A DNA stretch of 64,000 nucleotides from NCBI GenBank assembly GCA_000002445.1, contig CH464491.1, positions 3,104,001 through 3,168,000 on the forward strand. Reading direction: 5' to 3'. The notes under the pieces are model-generated. The model searched no databases. It saw nothing but the letters and a program-made list of their open reading frames with translations, and was not told the origin of the DNA. How positions within the stretch are numbered: the stretch's first letter is position 1; each line of letters opens with the position of its first letter. The position numbers and the translations under genes were made by a program. The DNA comes from Trypanosoma brucei (taxonomy: Eukaryota). Positions 1 to 10,463 of the stretch are shown one piece after another.

Positions 1-576
1 GAAGAAAGCATTGCGTTAGAATGTGTTTATGCCCTCGCTGAGCTTCTGCGAATGAGTTGTGGCGACCCAGACAAGGTTGATGTTTCACGGGGCGAGGAGG
101 CGCTTGCCTGTTGCCTGACCTACGAGCCTAGCGAGACGTTTGACGTGTTCAAAACCCTGATAGAGGCAACGGATTTGCCATGTTCGATTCTGAAGGCCCT
201 CTTCTTCTCACTTTGTGCTTTTGGTGGCCACCATGGTGAATTGTACACATCACAAACGTCCGTTCAACATCCCTCTGCTGCATTCCGTTCTGCGGCAGTG
301 TTTGGGCTACGAGCCTGCGGCGGGAGAGCTGTCCGGTCTATTGCTCTCGCGCTCAACGATGACTGCGCAGCTGTGCGACTGGAGGCATTTGAGACAGTGG
401 ACGCCGTTGGTGTCACTGAATTCATGTCTGTTTTGCGATTGCGGCCGCAAAGCCATACGCGCCAGGTTGCTGCTGCTCTAAGGGACTCCCTGCTCCGAGA
501 TGTTAGTCGCGGTGCGGAGAGGAAGACGGCACATGAACTCTACGTGGCTCTCACGAGTGGATGCGCCACGTCTTAA
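1..576 (+). CDS. C-terminal fragment of a hypothetical protein (HEAT/ARM-like helical repeats); frame is open from window position 1 so the gene begins upstream of the window
   Basis: Frame 1 has no stop from nt 1 to the TAA at 574-576. The listed ORF 52..576 is its in-window Met-initiated part. Translation is Leu/Ala-rich helical with no named domain recognised. Confidence 0.45.
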   Translation, partial: EESIALECVYALAELLRMSCGDPDKVDVSRGEEALACCLTYEPSETFDVFKTLIEATDLPCSILKALFFSLCAFGGHHGELYTSQTSVQHPSAAFRSAAVFGLRACGGRAVRSIALALNDDCAAVRLEAFETVDAVGVTEFMSVLRLRPQSHTRQVAAALRDSLLRDVSRGAERKTAHELYVALTSGCATS

Positions 577-999
577 GTGAGCAAAAGATGGGGAGGGGGG
601 GCGTGCTCTTGTGTGTACGCTGTTTCTGCCAACATCACCTGTAGCTGCCTCTTTTCCATATTCCTTAAGTCATAACTCCGTGGGTTGGCGTTAGTGCTCA
701 ACTACACGAAATGAAATGAACTCTGATATTTCACACAATGGCACGGAAGCATCTGAATCTTTTAGTTGATTTCTTTGCTGTCGTCCATCCCCGCTGTAGT
801 GAGGAATGGCTGATCACTGGTCTCGCCCGCGCCTAAACGACGTTAATGCCCATTCCGAATTACTTTAAACGTGGTGGGCTTTCACACGGTTGGATTGTGT
901 TTCCATCCGTTAAACTGGCGGGCTCCGAAGTACTTCACGCCAAAGAGCAAAAAACGTTGCTAATCAAGGCAGCTATGCTGCGTTTGGTAATGTGTACCT

Positions 1000-1075
1000 C
1001 TCGCTCATTTTTTTTTTACCTTACTCTCCTAAATTTTTACTTGTTTTCATTTGGTTCGTCTGTTGTTCCACTTCT
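1000..1075 (+). promoter_or_regulatory. Polypyrimidine tract / putative trans-splice acceptor region upstream of RPS17 copy 1
   Basis: ctcgctcattttttttttaccttactctcctaaatttttacttgttttcatttggttcgtctgttgttcc, ~60 nt before the ATG. Confidence 0.5.
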
Positions 1076-1134
1076 GAACGTTAGAACTTCACGTATCTTT
1101 AAAAAGAAAGGGAAGGCACTGTTTCTTAGGAACT

Positions 1135-1563
1135 ATGGGCAAGATCCGCACGAAGACCGTGAAGCGCGCGTCCAAGCAGATCGTGGAGAAGTACTTCTCC
1201 AAACTGAACAAGGACTTCTACCAAAACAAGCGCATTGTTATGGATGTCACTATTGCCCGCTCCAAGAAGCTGAAGAATAAGATTGCCGGTTACGCCACAC
1301 ACATTATGAAGCGTCTCGCCCGCGGCCCTGTCCGTGGTATCTCGCTGAAACTGCAAGAAGAGGAGCGTGAGCGCCGCATGGACTACGTGCCGGAGGTTTC
1401 TCATGTTGACCAGGCTATCCAGGACGGCATCCGTGTCGACAAGCAGACACTTGCCATGCTGAAGCGTATGGAGACTGGCGTTCCGCGTCACGTCCTGCCT
1501 AATGTTGTGGCGGCACCGAACGTCTCGAAGGGCGCTCGCCGCGGTGGTCCAGCGCGCAAGTAA
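1135..1563 (+). CDS. RPS17: 40S ribosomal protein S17 (eS17), copy 1 of a tandem pair
   Basis: 142-aa translation [35 protein letters not shown]... is the conserved eS17 N-terminus. A pyrimidine tract lies upstream at ~1000-1075. Confidence 0.93.
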   Translation: MGKIRTKTVKRASKQIVEKYFSKLNKDFYQNKRIVMDVTIARSKKLKNKIAGYATHIMKRLARGPVRGISLKLQEEERERRMDYVPEVSHVDQAIQDGIRVDKQTLAMLKRMETGVPRHVLPNVVAAPNVSKGARRGGPARK

Positions 1564-1704
1564 AGCACTAGTGAATAGCCACTAGCTCAACCCGTGGGTT
1601 GCTCATTTTGACTTTTCCATTTCAAAAAAGATATCATTTGTGAGGTTCTGTGTTTTCGTTTCCTTTCACAACAGTGCTCGGTGGTTTAGCATGCCCTGTA
1701 TTGC

Positions 1705-1860
1705 TGATGTTCCTTTGCGTTTTTTTTCTCTAAGTGGGGGTTCTGCTTTCTCATCTGGTACGGAATCTTTATGTCGTGCACGTACTTGTACTGCTCTTTT
1801 TTTTCTCTTTTCTCCTTTACGCTTTGTTTTCACTTGATTTCGGTCATTACCGCTCCCTCT
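1705..1860 (+). promoter_or_regulatory. Polypyrimidine-rich intergenic region (putative polyadenylation/trans-splice signals) between the two RPS17 copies
   Basis: ttcctttgcgttttttttctct...ctgctcttttttttctcttttctcctttacgctttgttttcacttgatttcgg. Confidence 0.5.
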
Positions 1861-1891
1861 GCACTAACGGAAGTGAGATCGAACAGCGACT

Positions 1892-2320
1892 ATGGGTAAG
1901 ATCCGCACGAAGACCGTGAAGCGCGCGTCCAAGCAGATCGTGGAGAAGTACTTCTCCAAACTGAACAAGGACTTCTACCAAAACAAGCGCATTGTTATGG
2001 ATGTCACTATTGCCCGCTCCAAGAAGCTGAAGAATAAGATTGCCGGTTACGCCACACACATTATGAAGCGTCTCGCCCGCGGCCCTGTCCGTGGTATCTC
2101 GCTGAAACTGCAAGAAGAGGAGCGTGAGCGCCGCATGGACTACGTGCCGGAGGTTTCTCATGTTGACCAGGCTATCCAGGACGGCATCCGTGTCGACAAG
2201 CAGACACTTGCCATGCTGAAGCGTATGGAGACTGGCGTTCCGCGTCACGTCCTGCCTAATGTTGTGGCGGCACCGAACGTCTCGAAGGGCGCTCGCCGCG
2301 GTGGTCCAGCGCGCAAGTAA
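1892..2320 (+). CDS. RPS17: 40S ribosomal protein S17 (eS17), copy 2 of a tandem pair (protein identical to copy 1)
   Basis: Protein identical to 1135..1563; a synonymous ggc/ggt difference at codon 2 was seen (the rest of the CDS was not compared base by base). About 60-70 nt of 3' flank is also shared (agcactagtgaatagccactagctcaaccc...). Confidence 0.93.
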   Translation: MGKIRTKTVKRASKQIVEKYFSKLNKDFYQNKRIVMDVTIARSKKLKNKIAGYATHIMKRLARGPVRGISLKLQEEERERRMDYVPEVSHVDQAIQDGIRVDKQTLAMLKRMETGVPRHVLPNVVAAPNVSKGARRGGPARK

Positions 2321-2655
2321 AGCACTAGTGAATAGCCACTAGCTCAACCCGCGGGTTGCTCATTTTGATCTCTACTAGTTGACTTTGTTTTATGTTTTTC
2401 CTTAAACTCTCATAACAGCAAGGGCACAAATACGGTTCCCTATTGCACGTACCTTTTGGTGTGCTCGCTGCCCCTTATTTTAGGCTTCCTCCCACCACGA
2501 TGCGGGGGAAGAACTGAAGTGGGGGGTCGACTGTAGTTTGCCTCTGACGCTGATAACAGCGTTTGCTGCACACGCCCTTTGCTCACGTTTACGTTTTCTC
2601 CCTTGTTTTCTGCAGGTTTTGCCAGTTGAGTATAGGTGTATTGAAGGGCAAAGTG

Positions 2656-3024
2656 ATGAACGAGCCTGATGCCATGAAACTGTGTAACCTGTCAAAGGTC
2701 CTTCCTAACATTCCATATGCTAGACATTCTGCTGGGTTTGGGGTGAGCAGGAGCGCATCATCCTCAGCCCCGTTTACTTCACGGAGTCAAACCAATATAA
2801 AGGTGGTGGGCCTTTATTGTAGTCGTGCACCTACAGAAGAAAAGGTTGTGGCCCAGGTGAAAGAGGAGGATGGAAGAGGGACAGGATCTTCTAGTAGGCG
2901 AAACATTTACGTTCGTGTACAGATTGACAAAATGACCATCGAAATGCTTCCACTCGACGTTATGCGAAGGAAGTATCCACAGGTGCTCATTGACTATTTG
3001 CTAGCAACAGCTGCATGGGTGTGA
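2656..3024 (+). CDS. Small hypothetical protein (~122 aa from the internal Met; the ORF is open from 2563)
   Basis: ORF 2563..3024. A pyrimidine tract with ctgcag at 2571-2625 lies immediately upstream of the Met at 2656. Translation is not low-complexity (..NIYVRVQIDKMTIEMLPLDVMRRKYPQVLIDYL) but no family is recognised. Confidence 0.3.
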   Translation: MNEPDAMKLCNLSKVLPNIPYARHSAGFGVSRSASSSAPFTSRSQTNIKVVGLYCSRAPTEEKVVAQVKEEDGRGTGSSSRRNIYVRVQIDKMTIEMLPLDVMRRKYPQVLIDYLLATAAWV

Positions 3025-3808
3025 CGGTAGCGTCTTTACTGCCATTGGTCGGATGCAGTTTCATGATGGGGTTATCATGGTTTTCTTTTCGGGCGATATT
3101 TAGCTTGATCGCATTTGACTCTTCCAGTTTAGCGCTTGGGCTGTTGGCTTACATTTTATCTTCATATGAGAAGGAGAAAAGGGGGCACAGTGCATCTGAT
3201 TGCATATGACTTAATTGGTAAAATATGGGTTGGTCGCAAAGGAGTGGAGACAGTGGTGGGGCGCCCACGTGTATGCGACGGGATATACTACCGGAGGGGA
3301 AGAGTCAAACGTTGTCTTGTCGAAAGGTTATACTCCTTTTGGTGTCCGCTAAAGGGGTGTATTCATTGAGGATGATGATACCTCATTGCCAAACGGCAGC
3401 AGGGGAGAACACTTACACGTGCATGTAGTAATTCTCAAAACTTTACCACATTAGCTTACAGAAGAGCTGTTTGTCCGTGTGTCCTTAGGCTTTTCTGTGG
3501 GGCCCTTTGATTCCTGCTGGAGGACGGCCGCTTTCCGTTCTTCGATGTCATAGTGGGTTTTGTTTAGATCTCTGTGACATGATTTTATTTTATTTTCTTT
3601 ACTGCACTCTTCTCCGTCTGGCATTTGTCTTGCCTTTTGACCAACCGCCACTCAGTAGTGCGCACGCGTAGGTGCACCAACGAAGACAAGGGAAGTAGCA
3701 ACAGTGACAAGGGGAAGCACTGAGGAATACTGTGTGGGACCCCAAGGTGTACGGAGTTAAAGGGGTGGAGATAGTGATAGGTATAAAAGGAACTTATACA
3801 CTAGGGAG

Positions 3809-6800
3809 TTGGGAGAGGGTGGAGCCATGGCCGATGAAGACGGTTCTGTTGAACCGACGTTAAAAGCGCATCGCTGGGAGATGTCCTCCTCCGCATCTGC
3901 AGCTCCCACAACATCGCGGTGGGGCGCGGGGACGCCACGGCAGCGTGGTGGCGACACCCCAAAAGTGGTCGTCAACACGGAGTTGTCGGCGTGGCGTGGG
4001 CATGCAACACCAACACCGAGTGCGTACGCGATGGATCCTGCGAAGACCCCAACCATGCGTGCCACTGGTGGTGCGACACCGGTGCAAGGAGGTCAAACTC
4101 CGATGTTTGGTGGGCAGACACCGGTATTTGGAGGTCAGACACCGGCATTCGGTAGTGGAACACCCATGTTCACGGGGGCAACACCCGCCGCTGGCATGGC
4201 CTTTGGTGCAACTCCGAATTACCAGTTTGAAGGGACAACGCCTGTGCAGTCCCACTTTGCGGGGGGTGAGTCACAATCAGCTGTTACGGCTAACATCGGA
4301 GCCCAGGCAAGGAAATTGGAAATGCAGTGGCGCGTTAAGAATAAGCGTCTTACAGAGGAGTATCTCGACTCGATCCTTCCACCGGAATTTAAGCTTGTGG
4401 AACCACCAGCCGATTACAACCCACCGCCCACGGAAGAGCCTAACTTCTACGAGCTTGCCAGTAAGTCGTTGGATGTCTTTGTTGTGAACCAAAACAGCGA
4501 TGCGGCAGCTTCTATGACTTATGATATACCAGAAAGTCTGGGAGACGGTATGCCACAAATGCAAACTCAAGATGCGCCTGTTTTCGAGGTTCTGCTCAAG
4601 TACCATAACGTGAACCCGATACCTGACGAGGTGCTTCCCTCCTACATGCTGATGAAGAACCTCTTCAAGATCAAGAATGGCGATACCAACCAACGGCGGA
4701 TCGCCATGCGGTACTTGCTAGACAAGGCACGTATTTTTGGGAGTGGACCTCTTTTCCAGTTTACATTTCACGTTTGGCGTTCGGGAATCCTCGACGTGAT
4801 TGAGCAACATTACTATGTGGACCTTGTGAAAGGTGCGATTTCCAGGTTACAGAAAGACGTCCGTGGCTCGAGCAAGGAGATCGTTCACATGATGGAAGTC
4901 TTGCTCTCCGCCCAGGAGCGGGTGCTACGAGATGATGGCAAGGAGGTTCTCATTTTGCTCACGCGTGTGGTAGGCTATGAAGCAGTTTTTGAGGCAATTA
5001 AGGAGGACTTTGCCCACGCGGAAAGCGGTGTGCGTCGTCACACCGCTAAAGTTGTTGCAATAATAGCGTTTGCTGTGGGGCCAGAAATAGCGATAAAGAT
5101 AATTCATGGTATGTCACTGTCTCCGGTTGCCCTCGCTCGTCAGACGTCTGCGCGGGCCATAACTGAAATGGCAACCATCCTCATGCACGCCATCACTGGA
5201 GAATTAGTGGAGCTTGTACCTATTTTTGAAAAACTTCTGCGGGATGAACCGCGGGTGAAACGGGAGGCCGCAAGCGCGCTTGCTCACGTGGCGGAGGCAA
5301 CCTACCCTTATGGAATTGAGGAGTTGGATTCCCTCGTTTATATTGTGCGAGAGGAATGTAAGCGCGGCATCGGTACCACCACGGGGTTGTTCGTCCGCGC
5401 GTTCGGTGCGCTCATTCCGCTAATGGCCCCATATGATGCTCAAAAATACACATCAGATATGCTTCCAACGCTTGTAAATCAGTTTAACACGCCAGACGAT
5501 GAGCATCGCCGCGTTTTGCTTCAAGTGGTGCGACAATGCGTCTCGGCTGATGGAGTGACTGTGGATTTCATTCGTAACGTCATCTTGAGGCCGTTTTTTG
5601 AAGGATTTTGGACCATCCGTCGCGTAGCTGCTGATAGGAAAACAGCCGGTATCCTTATTGATACGACGGTGGGAATTGCACGGCGTATTGGCAGCACGGA
5701 GATTCTTCAATACCTCGTTCAAGACATGAAAGACGAGAATGAGCATTTCCAACGTATGGTTGTTGAGACGGTAAGACGTGTTATTGCAAACGTGGGTGCA
5801 GTTGGTGTTCCCGACACTCTTGTTGCGCTGTTGATGGACGGTGCGATCGCGGCCGTAAAACAGGACGAGACTGGCTTGAACCGTGTGGTGATGGAAGGCC
5901 TGGCGACCATCTGTAATGCCCTCGGTACTCGCCTGAAGCGGCACTTACGGCAGATATTTGATCTCATAAAAAGCCGTCGCGACATGCCTGGGATGATCCG
6001 GATGCAGGCAGCCGAGCTGGCGGCTCGCATTGCCACAACCGTGAAGGATGCAGGAGGAGCGTTGTTCCTGCAGGATCTGGGGCGAAGCCTCTTTGACCGC
6101 CTAGAAGACGACGAGGCCGCCGTGATGAGTGCCAACCTCAAGGCAACACGTGTCATCTTGGTGGAGCTTGGTGCTGCGAGGTACCAACCGCCAGTGCGAG
6201 AGCTCTTAAAGAAGTTGATGTACATAATTCCGAATCGCAATAGCAATGTGCAGCTGAACACCATTTTACTTGTGGAGGAGATCGCAACTAATTGTGACGA
6301 GGACGTCGAGGCCATTCACTTACAAGAGTTGGCGACGAAAGGGTTGTTTGAGCTCCTTGATGCCCACCGTCGTGAAACACGGCGGGCATGCACACGCACA
6401 TTTGGTGTTATTGCGCGGAAGATTCGACCATTTGCCATAATCCTGGAGCTCGTCGATAACTTTAAGCAGGATAAACGTAAGATTCGTATTTGCACAGCGG
6501 TGGCCCTAGGGGCGATAGCCCGCGAATGCGGTGCCTTTACTGTTATTCCTTACCTCCTGAACGAAAGCAAAATATGTGAGGGGGAGCAGGTGGCCACGAT
6601 TGTGCAGCACTCCATTCTTAAGGCCGTTCGATACATCTTCGAAGCTATTGGTGCAGCCGGAAAGGACTTTGTGTATCCTCTCGTACCGCTGTTAGTGCGA
6701 GCACTGACGGAAATGGAGATCCAGCACCGGCGTATGGCGGTTGAGGCATGTCGGTCAATTGTGCTGGCGGTCGCCGGCAACGACGGATTCGAGGATCTGG

Positions 6801-7126
6801 TGATCCACTTCCTCAACTTTATCCACCCCAACATTGTGGAACTTCTTTCGCGGAACGAGACGAAAATAAGTGAGGAGAGGCTTAAGATGGTCACGGCGGT
6901 TGTTGGTTATTACGAGGCAGCGCGCCTGGTAATTGGTTCGGGGAAGTTGTTTCAGTATTTGCTTCAGGGGTTATTCCACCCAGCAAAGAAAGTACGTGAC
7001 ATTTACCGTAGGACATATAACATGGTATATATGGCAAGCCCAGAGGCCCTTGTGCCATATTACCCGCGACTGGGGGATGACAATGAGCATACATATGTAC
7101 GGCACGAGTTGGAGGTGCTACTGTAA
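3809..7126 (+). CDS. SF3B1: Splicing factor 3B subunit 1 (SF3b1/SAP155)
   Basis: 1105 aa. The N-terminal region has repeated TP dipeptides ([26 protein letters not shown]) as in SF3B1 ULM/TP repeats. The rest is HEAT-repeat rich. The C-terminus ...[50 protein letters not shown] closely parallels the conserved SF3B1 C-terminus (..[36 protein letters not shown]). Confidence 0.9.
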   Translation: [1105 protein letters not shown]

Positions 7127-7664
7127 GAGCATGGATAAAGACGCACCGGGTCTGTTGCTTGGTGGTGATGGTGGGTGCATGCTTGTTGCTGACGTAAAGA
7201 GGTCGCAACGGAAAAGAAAAAAAAAGATGAATGAATGAGGATTCCCGTACATGGCGAACGAATGGGAAGGCACTGCAGACAGAGAAGATTAAGGGAGGAA
7301 GAGGAGGTAACACCAGTGGTAGCTATTTGGTATCTCGATTGAGTTACTGACAAATCCGAATGATATCGACTCTTGCCTCGCTCTTTTGCACGAGCCCCCG
7401 TCTCTTTCCACGTGACGGATTCCGTTTATCCGGTGGTGGTGGTGGTGGTGATAGCTTCTGTAAGGTGATCAGACTTCCGTGTATTCAATGTGGAAGCTTG
7501 TCGATCGCCGGCAGTAGGGCGGCTGGTTGATGGCACCCGTTTGACCTCTTTCGAGAAAGTACCGTGGTTGGAGCCATCTCCTTCCTCCGCTTGATTATGC
7601 TAGCGAAAGTAATGTTGTAAATAAACAATTTAAAACACGCATACTGCCACTGTGCACGCGCATT

Positions 7665-7745
7665 ACTTTATTTGTTATCATGCTGTACCTGTTTACTTGA
7701 TGTTTATTTCCTTCTACTACTTCAAAAGGGTCTTCCTCGTTTGCC
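7665..7745 (+). promoter_or_regulatory. Polypyrimidine tract upstream of the LRR/IQ gene start (Met 7754)
   Basis: ctttatttgttatcatgctgtacctgtttacttgatgtttatttccttctactacttc...cttcctcgtttgccag. Confidence 0.45.
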
Positions 7746-7753
7746 AGGTAAAA

Positions 7754-9847
7754 ATGAGAGAAAAGGAAGCACATAAGGGTAGGAATGGTGTGCTAAATGT
7801 TTCAAATCTTCCTGGTGAACATACATCTCTGGACAGCATAGGACAGCTGCACGACGCTCTTACCGGTGGCAATTGCAAGAGATATGTGTCCATTACCGCG
7901 CAGCACGACAGTCTTCTGTCTCTCACCCTCTCCCCTTCCCTTGCGAGTGCTGTTCAGCACATTACATCTCTCACTGCATCGCACAACCGGTTGAGCACAC
8001 TTCAGGGTATTGAGGCGTTTGTGTGCCTTGAGTTTCTTGACCTGAGCCACAACGCACTACGCATCTTAGACGCGCACTCAACAACGCTGCTGCGGAAACT
8101 TCGGTGCCTCAAGCGATGCAATTTTTCATATAATGAGATATGTATGGCTGACTTCGACACGACATTCCGCTGTGGTATTTCACATAATGAGTCAGGCGCA
8201 AATAAGGAAGGTGGTATTGCCTCAGCAGCAACACCGATGGCATCAGCCGGATCGGTGGGACCCGCAGTTCCCGGATTTTTAGAAGAACTCACCCACCTCG
8301 ATTTGTCTCACAATCAGCTCATTGAGGTGCCGGATCTTCGTTGTATACCAGTATTAGAGGAACTGAATCTTAGCTACAATCGCATCGATCTCATTGCAGA
8401 TCTTGATAACCGTTTGCCACTTCTGCGGCTCTGCTCGTTCTCCATCAGCCACAACTCACTTGCCGTTCTGCCGTCATTACTTCCCCTCACCGTGTTGGCA
8501 GGGACACTTTGCGTTCTGAATGTCGCGGGGAACCCCTGCGTACAGGACTTTGAATCAACTGATCCCGCGATGGGGGGTATTCGCGCTTGGTTGTTGTGGC
8601 TTCTGCCTTACCTCGAGTTGTTAGACGAGGTGCCCCTCACCACAGAGGAACGCCAGATAGCCTGCAAGCTTTTCCGTAGGAACAATAAACTTAGTTATGA
8701 GCTTATGGATGTGATGAATACCAATAATGGTACCCAGCTGGTTTCGTACTTGCGAAAGTTCACTCAGAGGACCACTTCAAGGTCACTTGTTGGCGCGAGA
8801 GAGTCGGTAAGAGAGAAGTCTCCACCTTCGCCCAACCCGGCCGTCGGTGCTGTAAACGGAGGCGTCATCAACAATGTTGGTGGAATCCGCTTTGCCACCG
8901 GTGCCGTGTTCCCCTCCGCCTCGCCCTCGCCGGCGGCGGATGGCACCGTGCGGAGAACGAGCTCGAAGCCACAGCCCATTGAGCTTGTTGTGCAGATGCT
9001 CCAGTGGAAGGTAAGGCAACTGTCAAACGTCATGGAGGTTCTTTGGCAAGAGAGTATGGCAAGACGCGTATTTGCCGTAAGGGTGCTACAGAGGCACGTT
9101 CGGGGGTTCTTGGCCCGGCGACAACTTCCAGAAGTCGTCCACAGAACCTGTACGCGCATAAGGACCAACATGTTAGCCAGTGGGCAACGACCTTATTTCC
9201 CTGACCAACGGAGGTCAGCGAAAGCCGATACCACCTTGAGTGTTGTGCGTTCGTTGGGCTGCGAAAGTATCAGTACCGCTGAAAGCGAACACAGTGTTCA
9301 CACCGAAATTATGCAGCGCATCGACAACTTCGACCATTTGTTCCGGCAAATGGAGGAGGAGTTGCACAAATTTAGGATATTCTGGGCCCGTACCAGAGAA
9401 AAGTCTGTCGTCGTGGTTCAGAAGTACTACCGCGGCTACCTTGACCGCAAACGGTGGCGAAACCTCAAGGAGAGCTATGATGTCTTCATCGACTCGCTGC
9501 GACCGTACGTTGTTGAATTGCAACGGGTATCCCGTGGTTATGTATCGCGAGCTCGGCTGGCGAAAGATTCCCGGCAGTTAAGGGAGATGAGCCGGCTTCG
9601 AGGAGAGGTGGCGGGGCTGCGTGCTGCCGTGGATGAAATGAGGGCCATACTGCAGCAGTATGCGCAAAAGCAACGACGTGGGGATCCGGAAAGCCCAGTG
9701 GTAGAGTCGCCCACAAAGCGTGCAGTTGCGCATAGCATCCCCCTCGCCAAAAACAGCGCAGCCAACACGGGCACCACACTTACCGCTGCCGCTACTGCAG
9801 CCGCCGCGCAGGCATCCGCTGTGGCTCGTATCAGCCCGGAACTTTGA
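7754..9847 (+). CDS. Leucine-rich-repeat protein with C-terminal IQ calmodulin-binding motifs
   Basis: ORF 7652..9847; the Met at 7754 follows a pyrimidine tract at 7665-7745. There are LRR segments (LDLSHNALRIL, LDLSHNQLIEVPDL, LNLSYNRIDLIADL) and several IQ-like motifs (VLQRHVRGFLARRQ, VVQKYYRGYLDRKRWRNL, ELQRVSRGYVSRARLAK). Confidence 0.75.
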   Translation: MREKEAHKGRNGVLNVSNLPGEHTSLDSIGQLHDALTGGNCKRYVSITAQHDSLLSLTLSPSLASAVQHITSLTASHNRLSTLQGIEAFVCLEFLDLSHNALRILDAHSTTLLRKLRCLKRCNFSYNEICMADFDTTFRCGISHNESGANKEGGIASAATPMASAGSVGPAVPGFLEELTHLDLSHNQLIEVPDLRCIPVLEELNLSYNRIDLIADLDNRLPLLRLCSFSISHNSLAVLPSLLPLTVLAGTLCVLNVAGNPCVQDFESTDPAMGGIRAWLLWLLPYLELLDEVPLTTEERQIACKLFRRNNKLSYELMDVMNTNNGTQLVSYLRKFTQRTTSRSLVGARESVREKSPPSPNPAVGAVNGGVINNVGGIRFATGAVFPSASPSPAADGTVRRTSSKPQPIELVVQMLQWKVRQLSNVMEVLWQESMARRVFAVRVLQRHVRGFLARRQLPEVVHRTCTRIRTNMLASGQRPYFPDQRRSAKADTTLSVVRSLGCESISTAESEHSVHTEIMQRIDNFDHLFRQMEEELHKFRIFWARTREKSVVVVQKYYRGYLDRKRWRNLKESYDVFIDSLRPYVVELQRVSRGYVSRARLAKDSRQLREMSRLRGEVAGLRAAVDEMRAILQQYAQKQRRGDPESPVVESPTKRAVAHSIPLAKNSAANTGTTLTAAATAAAAQASAVARISPEL

Positions 9848-10019
9848 CGGGGGAGCGTAGGGTTAAGTGCCTCATTGTTTTAACCGTTTCTGTAATTGTT
9901 CCATCTACGTAATTTGTATGAGGTGCTATCTCTACAGCCACGGCACCAATGTGAGTTTTCGCGAGAATGCACTGTCCGTATGAGAGGGGGCTGTGTATAT
10001 ATAAGCATGCGTATTTCAA

Positions 10020-10150
10020 CACACATGCACGCACACACGCGTGCACACGTATACATATGTATCTATATATATATATATAGATATATAGATATATATGTGT
10101 GTACATATGCGTATGAGTGTTCGTCTGTGTCTCTGTGTGTGTGTGTCCCA
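10020..10150. repeat. Compound microsatellite (AC/GT)n-(TA)n-(TG)n in the 3' intergenic region of the LRR/IQ gene
   Basis: ..cacacacgcgtgcacacgtatacatatgtatctatatatatatatatagatatatagatatatatgtgtgtacatatgcgt..gtctctgtgtgtgtgtgtccc. Confidence 0.9.
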
Positions 10151-10463
10151 TTGCCATAATGTTTCGTTGAATTTCGTGAATGTTTATCAAACTGCTTCTC
10201 ACGTTAATACTACCCTTGTTTCTTTTTCTTTTCCATCCCTCTTTATGGCTTCGCACCCTCTACTTCCTGCACACCGGTACACTACATGATTCACATGTTT
10301 AGGGGGGGCCTCTGCCCGTTACTGCCAAATTATTCTCGTGTTTAACACTCGGTGTATGCGTTCTTGCTTCTTCCCCGTCTTCCCTTGAAATTGATGCACA
10401 CTTCAATTCTCCAGGGCGGAGTAAAGTAAGCGTGCCGGTAAAGGATATATAGCGCATCAGTAA

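Larger units (their letters stand above)
1135..2390 (+). repeat. Tandem duplication (unit ~757 bp) containing the RPS17 CDS plus conserved proximal 3' flank
   Basis: Direct repeat offset of 757 nt (1135->1892). The CDS and the first ~60 nt after the stop are near-identical, while upstream regions and the distal 3' flank diverge. Confidence 0.85.

Noticed and set aside
5453-6315. Minus-strand ORFs of 163 and 198 aa inside the SF3b1 gene (also 3860..4255 -, 3757..4065 -, 6550..6894 -)
   Set aside because: Antisense shadow ORFs within a strongly supported long CDS. Their composition is Arg/Ser/Thr-rich junk, typical of reverse frames of GC-balanced coding sequence.
7432-7452. (GGT)6 trinucleotide repeat in the SF3b1 3' intergenic region
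   Set aside because: A short simple-sequence repeat of the kind common in kinetoplastid UTRs. Not informative beyond being a microsatellite.
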